Of a stretch of 64,000 nucleotides of DNA, positions 38,179 through 48,433 are shown one piece after another (within the stretch, counting starts at the first letter, position 1; the number at the start of each line of letters is the position of its first letter). The DNA is taken from positions 177,968-241,967 of the forward strand of contig WRLT01000002.1 in NCBI GenBank assembly GCA_009777485.1, given 5' to 3'. The DNA comes from Bacillota bacterium (GTDB taxonomy: Bacteria > Bacillota > Clostridia > Christensenellales > Pumilibacteraceae). Both the position numbers and the translations under genes were made by a program. Under the pieces are notes generated by a model, which saw only the letters and a list, made by a program, of their open reading frames with translations, did not search any database and had not been told where the DNA came from.

Positions 38179-38739
38179 ATGAAAAAAACGTTAATAAATA
38201 TTTTGGCGATAGGGGTGATTTTAATTATGGGATTAGGAGGATGCAGTGCAAAAGACCCGAACTTTGGTCAAATAAAAGGCTTAGAAAACGCTGCGTTTGC
38301 CGCGCGTTTTTATAAAAGAGATTTTTTTATAGAGCCTGAACAAATAGACGTAAGTGAGGCGTTTGTATCCGTAATCAACAATAAAGCCGAGTTAAGTATA
38401 TGGAACGAAACCGAACAGCAATCGGGACTTCTATATAACGATATTGACGAATGGAACAATTTTTATTTAGAACATATAGATATCTACGATAATGATTTTT
38501 TTGAAAAGAATCAACTGGTGTTGATTGTGTTTTTAGACGGACTTGCATTTCATAATTGTAGCGTAAATGAAATTCGTTTTCAAGATAATGTATTATATGT
38601 GAACTTTGAAACAGCCTTAGTACGCAAGGGATGTCAAAGTTACGGTGTTTTTCCAGCCATGCCGCCCGTCAGACTTGCCGTTATAGAAATTACAAAAATA
38701 ACCAACAACTTGAAAGTAGAATTTAGTTTTTTCAAGTAG
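38179..38739 (+). CDS. Lipoprotein, paralog family member 1
   Basis: Lipobox LGGC (MKKTLINILAIGVILIMGLGGCSA). It is preceded by the conserved promoter and leader. Confidence 0.6.
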   Translation: MKKTLINILAIGVILIMGLGGCSAKDPNFGQIKGLENAAFAARFYKRDFFIEPEQIDVSEAFVSVINNKAELSIWNETEQQSGLLYNDIDEWNNFYLEHIDIYDNDFFEKNQLVLIVFLDGLAFHNCSVNEIRFQDNVLYVNFETALVRKGCQSYGVFPAMPPVRLAVIEITKITNNLKVEFSFFK

Positions 38740-38755
38740 TAAAAATTTTGATTGA

Positions 38756-38800
38756 AAGGTTGACGCTTAAAAAATAAATTGATATAATAAATATAAGATT
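38756..38800 (+). promoter_or_regulatory. Fourth copy of the TTGACGCTTAAA…GATATAATAAAT promoter, with a different leader, upstream of 38845
   Basis: GGTTGACGCTTAAAAAATAAATTGATATAATAAAT. Confidence 0.55.
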
Positions 38801-38844
38801 GTTTGCAACTTAAATCTACTAATTTCTGTTGAGGAGGTTTTTAA

Positions 38845-39462
38845 ATGCTTTGCAAGGACTGTAAACAAATGAATGATACAGACGCAGAAGTTTGCATTTA
38901 TTGCGAAAAGCGTTTAAAAACAAACAGCTTTACCGAAAGAAGCAACACGGAAATAAGTAAAAATGAAAATCATACGGTATGGGGAATAGCGGAAAACACA
39001 CAAAGCAAAAAGAATCTTATTCTAAAAGTAATGATTCTTTTAAGCCCAGCCATTATTTTTACAATTGGTCAATTTGTACAGCTTTTTATACGGCTTGCCG
39101 ATTCTTATCCCTCAAGCTATATAAGGCAGAATGTTTTAATTGGGTTCTTTGTAAGTTTTATTTATGAAGTATTTCTTATTATTTTATTGCCGCTGACGGT
39201 ATGTGCGATATTGTATATATTCGGAAACAAAAAATATAACCGCCGAATAATCCTATTTTTTCAAGTACTGCTGGTGCTGTCATTTACCGCAGCACTTGTT
39301 TATCCAACGCTATCTCTTATTATAGCAGGAGCGTATAATATAGAGGGCTTTGTTGCAATATCTGTTTATTTATTGGTAGTTATCTTTTTTATGATTGACA
39401 CAGCTGCGTTATTAAAAAACTCCAAAAAACACAAAAGGAGATACAAAATGAAAAAAAGTTAG
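38845..39462 (+). CDS. Membrane protein with an N-terminal zinc-ribbon (CKDC…CIYC) and 4-5 TM helices
   Basis: MLCKDCKQMNDTDAEVCIYCEK followed by hydrophobic helices. Confidence 0.55.
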   Translation: MLCKDCKQMNDTDAEVCIYCEKRLKTNSFTERSNTEISKNENHTVWGIAENTQSKKNLILKVMILLSPAIIFTIGQFVQLFIRLADSYPSSYIRQNVLIGFFVSFIYEVFLIILLPLTVCAILYIFGNKKYNRRIILFFQVLLVLSFTAALVYPTLSLIIAGAYNIEGFVAISVYLLVVIFFMIDTAALLKNSKKHKRRYKMKKS

Positions 39463-39660
39463 ATTATAGGACTGCCGTATTATTTGCGGCGTTTTTATAT
39501 CGTCTTAGGTGAAACAAAACATAATTATTTGTGAGGAATTTGTAGAATTTGGTTGACGCTTAAATAGGTAAAATGATATAATAAATTAGATAGTAAGAAT
39601 AAAACAAAAAAGAGGAGAGCTTTTGTGTTTGGCGAAAGGAGAATAGAAAAAACTATAAAA
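39449..39660 (+). repeat. About 210 bp repeat unit (cassette junction, promoter and leader), copy 2
   Basis: ATGAAAAAAAGTTAGATTATAGGACTGCCGTATTATTTGCGGCG…TTGTAGAATTTGGTTGACGCTTAAATAGGTAAAATGATATAATAAAT…GAGCTTTTGTGTTTGGCGAAAGGAGAATAGAAAAA. It is near-identical to 40144..40348. Confidence 0.65.
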
Positions 39661-40119
39661 AAAACAATAACAAAAATTTTAACAATGGGGATGATTTTAA
39701 TTATGGGATTAGGAATTTTTGCGGGGTGTGGCAACAATAAAAGGCATCCGAATTCAGACCCTGACATTGAAACAGAATTAGAAATTAAGATAAGGCAGAA
39801 CTATATTAAGAAGCTTCCAAAAAATTCAAGGGTTAAAATGAATAATCTTTGGGTTAGCAAATATTATGGCACATTTGATGAAAGTGTTGTGCTAATATTT
39901 CAAACCAGCCTATCGGAGTCTTCTATTTTGCCTGATGGTGGTCTTGGAAATATTACTAAAGAAACAATTGCAGGCTTTGAGTTTATTTTTGGCACATCAT
40001 CCTGGATTAATGTTTGGTACAATGGAAATTTTTACAGCTTACTTGATGCTTACAATGATGGACTGTTAACATCAGACGACATTGAAAGTATTTGGTTACA
40101 ACGACAATCTAAAAACTAA
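39625..40119 (+). CDS. Lipoprotein, paralog family member 2 (start ambiguous)
   Basis: Signal peptide …ILTMGMILIMGLGIFAGCGNN. The ATG used by member 1 is ATA here (…ACTATAAAAAAAAC). The frame opens at GTG 39625, or at an internal ATG at about 39682. Confidence 0.5.
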   Translation: MFGERRIEKTIKKTITKILTMGMILIMGLGIFAGCGNNKRHPNSDPDIETELEIKIRQNYIKKLPKNSRVKMNNLWVSKYYGTFDESVVLIFQTSLSESSILPDGGLGNITKETIAGFEFIFGTSSWINVWYNGNFYSLLDAYNDGLLTSDDIESIWLQRQSKN

Positions 40120-40143
40120 ATAAGATTAAGAAAAACGGAGAAT

Positions 40144-40348
40144 ATGACAATGAAAAAAGTTAGATTATGGACTGCCGTATTATTTGCGGCGTTTTTTATA
40201 TCGATTTAGGTGAAACAAAACATAATTATTTGTGAGGAATTTGTAGAATTTGGTTGACACTTTAAAAATAAGTTGATATAATAAAGTAGCTAGTAGGCAC
40301 AGGCAAAAAAAGAGGAGAAGTTTTGTGTTTGGTGAAAATAGGTTTTTC
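40144..40348 (+). repeat. About 210 bp repeat unit (cassette junction, promoter and leader), copy 3
   Basis: ATGACAATGAAAAAAGTTAGATTATGGACTGCCGTATTATTTGCGGCG…TTGTAGAATTTGGTTGACACTTTAAAAATAAGTTGATATAATAAAG…GAGAAGTTTTGTGTTTGGTGAAAATAGG. Confidence 0.65.
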
Positions 40349-41455
40349 ATGGCTAAAAAACTAACAGGAATGGTCGTTATAGCGCTAATGCTGCTTGGAT
40401 TGACGCTGTTTTCTGTAGGATGCAACCATATAAACGACTATTCGGACGGGGACGCGCCGTTTTATTTTGACGAACAGTATCTTTTTTTGAAAGTAGGCGA
40501 AACAGCCGATTTAAATATTCGTGAAATATTCAAACATAGCGGAATAAACATTAACAAGTATTCGTTGCGTAGCAGTTCGGAGTGGGTTGCTAGCGTGAAA
40601 AACGAAACAGTTACGGCACTTCGAGCAGGGAATCAAAGCATTGGCTTTATAGGTCATACAACGATTCATGCCACATTATATGATAGCAGCACCAAGAAAA
40701 AACATAATGTCCTAGTTGCCCAAGTTTTTGTAATTAATGAATCGGAAATGACTGCGGTGAGTTCAGCAGAGGATTTAATTGCAATTAAAGAGGATTTAGG
40801 CGGTTGGTACGTTTTAAAGGCTAATATCGATTTAGACGGCGCAGAGTGGCAAGGATTGGGTACTTTTACTGGGATGCTTGTGAATAGCGGGGAATTCGTC
40901 ATAAGCAACCTTTCCGGCACCACAGGATTGTTTGCTGCAAACGAAGGCTATATTAGCGGCATTATACTAGAAAATGTGTCCATTAATAAGACGTCCGACG
41001 ATGAGTTTATCCAACTTGGCACGATTGCGTCAATAAATACTAAAGGTGCAACTATCGCTAATTGCAGCGTAAAAGGTGTAATAAAATCAAGCGGTGTTAC
41101 AGGAGGGATAGTAGGCTACAATACTAGCAGCATAATCAACTGTTCGTTTGACGGAATGGTAACAAGCCAAAGCAATAGAACGGCGGATGAAATTCTTGAA
41201 AGCGAGAATTTTTATGATGTAGCGGGCGGTATCGTTGGAATAAACAGCGGAATAGTGGTACACTCAACCGCAAAAGGTCAAATTTCGTCAATGTTGATAG
41301 CGGGTGGAGTTGTCGGTATCCATTTCACGGCGATGTCAGACGGTCGGGTGGTCAATTGTGATTTTGACTTTGTTCAAGAGTTACCCAATAGAATTGTTGC
41401 CCCTATATGGGGCCGCACCATAGGTTGGGAGCAGACGCTTGTAAATAGAGTTTAG
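40349..41455 (+). CDS. Secreted or lipoprotein product with GLUG-like repeats and an Ig-like N-terminal domain
   Basis: Lipobox-like FSVGC. GGIVG-type motifs occur at several positions. The ATG at 40349 is preferred, because the leader region reads through as in the paralogs. Confidence 0.5.
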   Translation: MAKKLTGMVVIALMLLGLTLFSVGCNHINDYSDGDAPFYFDEQYLFLKVGETADLNIREIFKHSGININKYSLRSSSEWVASVKNETVTALRAGNQSIGFIGHTTIHATLYDSSTKKKHNVLVAQVFVINESEMTAVSSAEDLIAIKEDLGGWYVLKANIDLDGAEWQGLGTFTGMLVNSGEFVISNLSGTTGLFAANEGYISGIILENVSINKTSDDEFIQLGTIASINTKGATIANCSVKGVIKSSGVTGGIVGYNTSSIINCSFDGMVTSQSNRTADEILESENFYDVAGGIVGINSGIVVHSTAKGQISSMLIAGGVVGIHFTAMSDGRVVNCDFDFVQELPNRIVAPIWGRTIGWEQTLVNRV

Positions 41456-41504
41456 CAAATTAAAGAAAATAAAAAAATGACATTTTGTCACAAAGGAGTA
41501 AAAA

Positions 41505-44500
41505 ATGAAAATAGCAAGCAAAAGTAAGAAAAAGATGGTAGGTATATTTTTAGTTTTGTGCCTTGCGGCAGCAGCAAGCCTAATCATTTTCATGCGGCCA
41601 AGTTCAACGGTCGCTCATGCATCCACAGAACTAGAGCAAAAACACATTGAATGGACAAATTCAGACATTCTGATGGACGGCGAAGGTACGATACAAAACT
41701 ATCGCACAAATCGCTATACAAACGGTGTTTCAGTTACGTCATCAGCAATGACGGTAACTGGCAATGATCCAATTATACATATAATTCCCGTGGAAGAGTT
41801 CTCAACTTTAGGGTTGAGAACATTTATGGGCGAAGAGTATGGTTGGATAATCGATGTGTTCAATGATTCATGGGGCATCCGTCGGGCGCTTATCCAAGTA
41901 ATAGATATTACTGTTAAATGGGAAAAAGTTTTAGACTACGAGTTTATGATTTCACCTTTGTTTGAGTACGAATATGCGGTAATTCCTGCAGGCACTGGAC
42001 AGGTGCGAGTAAGGCACTGCAATGTAGAGGGTCGTGTAGAGGGAGATTATGTATATACCGCGACTAATTTGCGAAACAAAACTCTAAGCTACACCAACAA
42101 CACGGGTGCGCAAAGAGTTGTTGCAATGCCTTTAATACATACACCTACAAGATTTACAGAGCGAATATCGTTTTGGGGATCAAGGAAATATAATATTCAA
42201 AACTTTTCTGTTGCAGCAGAGTTAGCTAACAGATTCGCTCCCAATCCTTGGGATACAAATTACGACTTAGACACGGATTTAGGTGCGTTCTTTTGTTTTT
42301 CGGAGTTATTATACAAGAATACGGGCATTAATGTCAGCCCCTATGATCCATGGCATACAGTAAAATTTGGTGCGTCAGTTGCGACTATTGGGTTTGATGG
42401 ACTCTTTCAATATATTGATTTATTAGTTGAGTTTTATAATTTAGTGGCAAATTCAGTAGAACCAAATGAGAAAACGTATAACGCAGTACAATATGGGGCT
42501 AGTGAATTAAGAGCTACTTATTTTGGTGATCGCTTGCAACAAAAAAGACCCCCTGATTTGCCTCTGCATGAAGATCCTGGCTATGGTAAATTGATTAAAC
42601 TTGCTTCGGTTGATGTTTTTGCAGATTTAAACAGACCTTTAAGACCACAACCATTGGATAGATATAATTCACACGGTGCAGACCACAAGGGAGGTAGATT
42701 TGGCATAGTGTGGAATGCGGAGAACTCGTCGCAATTAGTAACGACATATCAGTTTACTGTTAAAGATATGACTTTTGGTCCCACATTAAAACTTGTAAAT
42801 GGTGTTCGATATAAAAACATTGGTCTTGGTGCTGATTTGATTACTCAAAATAATGTTGTTACAGGATTTGTACCTCCCCCTAATTTCAATGGTATTTTAG
42901 AAATTCCTAATGGAGCTACAGCTATTGCTTCAAATGCTTTTGCCAACCAAGCCCAACTAACTCAAATCTTGATACCTGAATCCGTAACTACAATAGGAAA
43001 TAACGCTTTCCACGCCAACACATTGGTGAACTGGCAAGGGAACTATTCGTTTAGAGGATCACAATTTTTAGGCATTTTAGGTGGGCAGACAAGCTTTTCT
43101 TTGCCATCGACCATTGCAGGTATAAATATTACTTCAATAGCTACCGATGCTTTCTCTAACCAAACCCAGCTTTCTTACATTACCATTCCTCCAAGCATAA
43201 CCAGTATTAGCAGTTTTGCGTTTCAAGGTTGCACTGGTTTAACCTCTATTATTATACCTAAAAGTGTAACCAGTATCGGGCAAAATGCGTTTAATGGATG
43301 CCATAACTTAACCATTTTTGCCGAAGCTTCAAGTAAGCCGAATGGTTGGGATAATTTATGGAATCCGCATAATCAAACCGTAGTGTGGAGTTTTAACTCT
43401 GCCTTGCCTTTTGCAATTACAGACGGCGCGTATTATGTACTGGAAGGAGGCGAAACGGTTTTAAGACGGTATATAGGTAACGAAAGTCAATTTTCTTTAC
43501 CCGATTCTGTTGTAATTGACGGAGTTAGCCGTCCCGTGACAAGCATTATGCGGGGTGCGTTTGAGGGCGCGAATAACTTAGAGTTAATCGAATTGCCGTT
43601 TATAGGTGAAAGAGCAGACGGAACGGGTGCAACGCATTTTGGTTGGATATTCGGCTCAACGCACGCTGTTGTGCAAGGCTACCATATTCCGCAATCGCTA
43701 AAAACGGTGGAAATTGTAAATAGCGGTAATAGTATCCGAATCGAAGATGATGCGTTTCACGGTTGCGCAAATATTTGGTATATTCATATACCTGCTAATG
43801 TTACCTATATTTCTGATAAAGTTTATTTTAGTGCGTTTGAGGGCTGCTCAAGCTTAATTAAAATTATTGTTAACGGCGGAAATTTGCACTATGCAAGCAC
43901 TGATGACGGAATATTATATGATATAGAGAAAACCCGTATTATTTATGTGCCGCATGGTATTAGCGGAGATATTGAGTTGCCGTCCTCGTTAATCAGTATT
44001 TCAGAGCGGGCGTTTGAAAATCGCGTAGACATTACAAGCATTGTTATTCCCGAAAGCGTTACGCATATCGGATTAAATGCGTTTAGTAATACGGTTGTTT
44101 TGGAAATAGAGGATGACGTAATTTATGCGGGAAACTGGGCAGTAGGATTTTTGCACAAGAATGGTTATTATGACTCAAACGGTAATTTTATGTATGAAGT
44201 TACGGTTTCGCTAAGACCTGGTACTGTGGGGATTGCTGACAGGGCATTTAGTAGTGCTAATTCTTTAACAAGTATCCATCTACCTGATAGCTTAAAATAT
44301 ATCGGAAATGGGGCTTTTTGGTTTGCAACGAAATTAGCTGAAATAGACATCCCCGAAGGTGTGGTAAGTATCGGCGAGGAAGCGTTTTTGCGCTGTGATT
44401 CTTTGCGCAGTGTTAAGCTACCCGACAGCTTAACGTATCTTGGCTATCGTGCATTTTTTAACTGCGGTCGCCTTTTGGAAATAAATTTACCAATTGGCAT

Positions 44501-46856
44501 AGAACATGTAAAAGCGGGAGCATTTTTGGGTTGTTCGAACTTGGCGAAGGTCATTTTTTCTAGTGACTTAAGAGAAATTGATGCTGGAGCATTTGCAATG
44601 ATATCTGAATTGACAAGCATAGTTATACCTAATTCTGTGGAGCGTATTGGACAAGGTGCATTTCACAGTAGTTTTATAGAAACTATAAGTTTACCGTTTG
44701 TAGGTGAAAGAGCAGACGGAATGGGTGCTAGGAATTTTGATTATATATTTCGTGAGAGCGAGTTATATTCTAGTTTTTGGTTAAGACTTGATAGCGCAAC
44801 TATAATGGGTGGAGATATTTCATCGAATGCATTTAATGGTTTAGATGAGCTAACAAATGTTGTCCTTTCTAGTGGCGTAGTGAACGTAGAAGCAAACGCA
44901 TTTCAAGATTGCACCAATTTAACGATTTATGTCGAAGAGGAAAGTCAACCGCTTAATTGGGCAACTAATTGGAATTCTGGTCGCCCCGTTATATACGGTA
45001 CTACATTGTCGGTGGACACATTATATATTGAATCAATTATAAAGACTACGGATATGCATAATGGGCATGTAATTTCTGCGCCTTCACGTGCAGACCATGT
45101 TTTTAGCGGCTGGAATACGGCGACGGATGGAAGCGGCACCAACTATTTATTTACAACTCAATTGGATTACAACGCTATACCAAACGGAACTAAATTATAT
45201 ACTATGTGGGTGCATGTTTTGGATATTATTAATGTGATAAGTAATGATGAATTGATAATTGTTTGCGATAACACTTTGCCTAAATTTGAGGCAGCAGAGT
45301 TTACAATACGCGGAGTAGAGTCTTTGGCGTTTTTTTATGGCAATTCATTTGACAATACTATTTCTGAGTTTAATTTATTAGATGTGCTTCATCTTGCGCC
45401 CGAAACTTATGTGCTTGATACGTTGATTATTAAATATAGACTTAAATTTGAAGAAAGACCTTGGACAAAAAATTTTGAAAAAGAAGTATGTGCTTTATTT
45501 GGCGGTAAATTAATGCTTGACGGAATAACATATGAAATTATAAATAGTGAGCGGCACTTAAGAAATATAAGGGCAGAGGGAAATTATATTTTAACTCATA
45601 ATATAAATATCGATTCTAATTGGACACCGCTTTCAATAAATTTCAGTGGCCTATTTAATGGGAATGGGAATAGTATCACGGCTGCTAATTTAATTGTAAT
45701 ATCGGATAATTTATTTGCCAATAATAACGGAGAGATTATAAATCTAGATGACCCCTATGCTGGGCTTGATATAGTAGGCAATACCGTTACAGGCTACTTC
45801 GGCACCTCTGCCGCAATCGCTATCCCCGAAGAGGTTGACGGAATAGCGGTAACGTCTATCGCCGCAGGCGCATTCGCCGACAATACAAGCCTAACCAGCG
45901 TTTCCATTCCGCACAGCGTAACCTCTATCGGTTTAGGCGCGTTTAGCGGCACGGAGAGCCTAGAAAACCTAAGCATTCCGTTTAGCGGGCAAAACCGCAA
46001 CGGCGGCAATAACACGCACTTCGGCTACATATTCGGCGCGCAAAACATGAACGGGCAAGCCTCCTTTATTCCGCAATCGCTAAAAACGGTGCGCATAGAC
46101 GGCTTAAACGGTACGCAAATCGCCAACAACGCGTTTAACGGCATAGGCGGCGTAGAAACCGTAATCATCGCAGACGGCGTAACCACAATCGGCAGCGACG
46201 CGTTCCGCAACAATTCCGCGCTTACCTTTATAGAAATTGCCTCTACCGTTTCCAACATCGCCAACGCATTCGGCAACAGCCCCAACGCGGCGGTCAAGTG
46301 GCATTTTAACGCCGGCGCGGCGGTTAATAATTTCCGCATGAACCTAACGGAGGTTGTCATTCCCGACACCGTTACGGCACTCCCGAACAACGCCTTCCGC
46401 GACTGCGTGAACCTAGTTAGCGTAACAATCCCCGCCAGCGTAACGTCTATCGGCAACAGCGCGTTTCAAGGTTGTGTAAGCCTAACCGAAATCGCACTGC
46501 CCGCAAGTGTTACGGAAATAGGGGCGCACGCGTTTAACGGCGCAACAAGCTTAACCGACATCATTATTCCGCACGGCGTAACCACCATCCGCGACAACAC
46601 CTTTAGCGGTTGCAGCGCACTAACTAGCATTGTCATTCCCGCCAGCGTAACGCAAATCCAAAGCGACGCGTTCCGCAACTGCAACGCCTTAACTACCGTC
46701 TACTACGGCGGCGAAAGCGCGGCGCAGTTTAACGCCATAAACACAGGCAACAACGCACAGGTTGTAAACGCAACGCGCTACTATTATTCCGAAACCGAAC
46801 CCGCAACACAAGGAAACTTTTGGCACTTTGCAGACGGCGTTCCCACCGCGTGGTAA
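41505..46856 (+). CDS. Giant cell-surface protein of 1783 aa with BspA-type leucine-rich repeats
   Basis: Signal peptide. It has dozens of repeats of the form [IL]xIPxSVTxIGxxAFxxCxxLTxI. The C-terminal block YYGGESAAQFNAINTGNNAQVVNATRYYYSETEPATQGNFWHFADGVPTAW is paralogous to the C-terminus of the 2..2902 product. Confidence 0.7.
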   Translation: MKIASKSKKKMVGIFLVLCLAAAASLIIFMRPSSTVAHASTELEQKHIEWTNSDILMDGEGTIQNYRTNRYTNGVSVTSSAMTVTGNDPIIHIIPVEEFSTLGLRTFMGEEYGWIIDVFNDSWGIRRALIQVIDITVKWEKVLDYEFMISPLFEYEYAVIPAGTGQVRVRHCNVEGRVEGDYVYTATNLRNKTLSYTNNTGAQRVVAMPLIHTPTRFTERISFWGSRKYNIQNFSVAAELANRFAPNPWDTNYDLDTDLGAFFCFSELLYKNTGINVSPYDPWHTVKFGASVATIGFDGLFQYIDLLVEFYNLVANSVEPNEKTYNAVQYGASELRATYFGDRLQQKRPPDLPLHEDPGYGKLIKLASVDVFADLNRPLRPQPLDRYNSHGADHKGGRFGIVWNAENSSQLVTTYQFTVKDMTFGPTLKLVNGVRYKNIGLGADLITQNNVVTGFVPPPNFNGILEIPNGATAIASNAFANQAQLTQILIPESVTTIGNNAFHANTLVNWQGNYSFRGSQFLGILGGQTSFSLPSTIAGINITSIATDAFSNQTQLSYITIPPSITSISSFAFQGCTGLTSIIIPKSVTSIGQNAFNGCHNLTIFAEASSKPNGWDNLWNPHNQTVVWSFNSALPFAITDGAYYVLEGGETVLRRYIGNESQFSLPDSVVIDGVSRPVTSIMRGAFEGANNLELIELPFIGERADGTGATHFGWIFGSTHAVVQGYHIPQSLKTVEIVNSGNSIRIEDDAFHGCANIWYIHIPANVTYISDKVYFSAFEGCSSLIKIIVNGGNLHYASTDDGILYDIEKTRIIYVPHGISGDIELPSSLISISERAFENRVDITSIVIPESVTHIGLNAFSNTVVLEIEDDVIYAGNWAVGFLHKNGYYDSNGNFMYEVTVSLRPGTVGIADRAFSSANSLTSIHLPDSLKYIGNGAFWFATKLAEIDIPEGVVSIGEEAFLRCDSLRSVKLPDSLTYLGYRAFFNCGRLLEINLPIGIEHVKAGAFLGCSNLAKVIFSSDLREIDAGAFAMISELTSIVIPNSVERIGQGAFHSSFIETISLPFVGERADGMGARNFDYIFRESELYSSFWLRLDSATIMGGDISSNAFNGLDELTNVVLSSGVVNVEANAFQDCTNLTIYVEEESQPLNWATNWNSGRPVIYGTTLSVDTLYIESIIKTTDMHNGHVISAPSRADHVFSGWNTATDGSGTNYLFTTQLDYNAIPNGTKLYTMWVHVLDIINVISNDELIIVCDNTLPKFEAAEFTIRGVESLAFFYGNSFDNTISEFNLLDVLHLAPETYVLDTLIIKYRLKFEERPWTKNFEKEVCALFGGKLMLDGITYEIINSERHLRNIRAEGNYILTHNINIDSNWTPLSINFSGLFNGNGNSITAANLIVISDNLFANNNGEIINLDDPYAGLDIVGNTVTGYFGTSAAIAIPEEVDGIAVTSIAAGAFADNTSLTSVSIPHSVTSIGLGAFSGTESLENLSIPFSGQNRNGGNNTHFGYIFGAQNMNGQASFIPQSLKTVRIDGLNGTQIANNAFNGIGGVETVIIADGVTTIGSDAFRNNSALTFIEIASTVSNIANAFGNSPNAAVKWHFNAGAAVNNFRMNLTEVVIPDTVTALPNNAFRDCVNLVSVTIPASVTSIGNSAFQGCVSLTEIALPASVTEIGAHAFNGATSLTDIIIPHGVTTIRDNTFSGCSALTSIVIPASVTQIQSDAFRNCNALTTVYYGGESAAQFNAINTGNNAQVVNATRYYYSETEPATQGNFWHFADGVPTAW

Positions 46857-46929
46857 AAGTAAAGGCGCGCGAAAAAGCTTGCGGCAAAAACTCATGTCGT
46901 AAACTGTTAAAAAACTTAGTTAAATTTAG

Positions 46930-47255
46930 TTGACATATTTTAATAAATAGGGTAGTATATAAGCGTTACAAGCAGATGAGTAATCTCACCGTGCGGCAAG
47001 CGGCTGGCTACGGTAACGCAAAAATCAGATTTCAAAAGTGTTTTTAAAGCACTTTTTAAATACTTTTGCGGGTAGAGATAGTCATCTCTACCCGTTTTCT
47101 TTTTTTTGCCGATATCTTTTTAATAAATTTCCGTTTTTTTTTGCCCCTATTACGTAGCGTTGCTACGCTTTTGGGTCAAAAAAAATCGCAAATTTTTTTA
47201 AAAATCTATTCGGCAAAAATTGTCCCCTAAATTATCCCTAAGGAGGGTAAAGCCC
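46930..47255 (+). promoter_or_regulatory. Promoter plus infC-rpmI-rplT leader, with an attenuator hairpin (L20-type autoregulatory leader)
   Basis: TTGACA at 46930 and TAGTAT at 46953. The leader is about 300 nt and structured. The intrinsic terminator GCGGGTAGAGATAGTCATCTCTACCCG plus a T-run lies at 47068-47108, inside the leader before infC. Confidence 0.5.
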
Positions 47256-47774
47256 ATTAATTTTAAAGATGTGGAAATCAATCAAAGAATCCGCGACCGC
47301 GAGGTGCGCGTGATTGCCGCCGACGGTGCACAGCTAGGCATTATGAGCGCGGCAGACGCTAACCGTCTTGCGGATGAGAAAAATCTTGACTTGGTTAAAA
47401 TTTCGCCTACCGCCAAACCGCCCGTATGCAAGATTATGGATTTTGGCAAATTTAAGTTTGATACGCAAAAGCGCGAAAAGGAAACGCGCCGCAACCAAAA
47501 GGTTTCGGAGCTTAAAGAGGTTTGGCTTTCGATGACTATCGATAAGCACGACTTAGAAACCAAAGCAAAGCACGCGCGCAAATTTTTAGCGGCGGGCGAC
47601 AAGGTAAAGGTTTCTATCCGTATGCGCGGACGGCAAGCCGCGCACGCAACGCTGGGCGTTAAGGTAATGGAAGATTTTTATGTTTTATGCGAGGATTTAT
47701 CGGTTCAGGATAAAAAGCCGTCTACGGAGGGCAGAAGTATCATCATGATACTGGTGCCCAAAAAAGCAACCTAA
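47256..47774 (+). CDS. infC: Translation initiation factor IF-3, with an ATT start codon
   Basis: IF-3 sequence (INFKDVEINQRIRDREVRVI…). AAGGAGGG lies 8 nt upstream of ATT at 47256. A non-AUG start is characteristic of infC autoregulation. The track's upstream ATG at 47220 precedes the SD. Confidence 0.8.
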   Translation: MNFKDVEINQRIRDREVRVIAADGAQLGIMSAADANRLADEKNLDLVKISPTAKPPVCKIMDFGKFKFDTQKREKETRRNQKVSELKEVWLSMTIDKHDLETKAKHARKFLAAGDKVKVSIRMRGRQAAHATLGVKVMEDFYVLCEDLSVQDKKPSTEGRSIIMILVPKKAT

Positions 47775-47821
47775 ACACTAACTAATTATACAGCAAACAG
47801 TAAAAAGGAGGGTATGCAGAC

Positions 47822-48019
47822 ATGCCTAAAATGAAAAGCCACAGCGGTGCAAAAAAACGCTACCGCGTAACCGCAAACGGAAAGGTAAAGCACGGAAGTC
47901 CCGGCAAAAGCCACATTCTTACCAAAAAGCCGCGCAAACGTAAAGCCGACCTGCGCGAGGGTTCGTATTTAGAGTCGGAAAAGCAGGCACGGGCAATTAA
48001 ATCGCTGCTGCAAAAATAA
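47822..48019 (+). CDS. rpmI: 50S ribosomal protein L35
   Basis: [22 protein letters not shown]…. Confidence 0.9.
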   Translation: MPKMKSHSGAKKRYRVTANGKVKHGSPGKSHILTKKPRKRKADLREGSYLESEKQARAIKSLLQK

Positions 48020-48051
48020 ATGCGGCAACCACTAATTAAGGAGATACTATC

Positions 48052-48414
48052 ATGAGAATTAAAAGAGCGGTAAACGCGCAAAAGAAAAAAAGAAAAATAA
48101 TGAAGCTTGCCAAAGGCTACTGGGGTTCTAAATCCCGTTCGTACCGCGTCGCGCGCGAAGCGGTTATGAAAAGCTTGATGTACGCATATATCGGCCGTCG
48201 TTTAAAAAAGCGCGATTTCAGAAAGCTTTGGATTACGCGTATTAACGCGGCGGCGCGTCAAAACGGATTGTCGTATTCTAAATTTATGTTTGGTTTAAAG
48301 GCATCAGGTATAGAACTTAACCGCAAAATGCTGGCGGAAATCGCGGTTTCCGATGCGGCGGCATTCACCGCACTTGCAAATAAAGCTAAAACAGCCGTTG
48401 CAAAATTAGGTTAA
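48052..48414 (+). CDS. rplT: 50S ribosomal protein L20
   Basis: [29 protein letters not shown]…. Confidence 0.9.
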   Translation: MRIKRAVNAQKKKRKIMKLAKGYWGSKSRSYRVAREAVMKSLMYAYIGRRLKKRDFRKLWITRINAAARQNGLSYSKFMFGLKASGIELNRKMLAEIAVSDAAAFTALANKAKTAVAKLG

Positions 48415-48433
48415 ATAATAAGCTGCGTACAGT

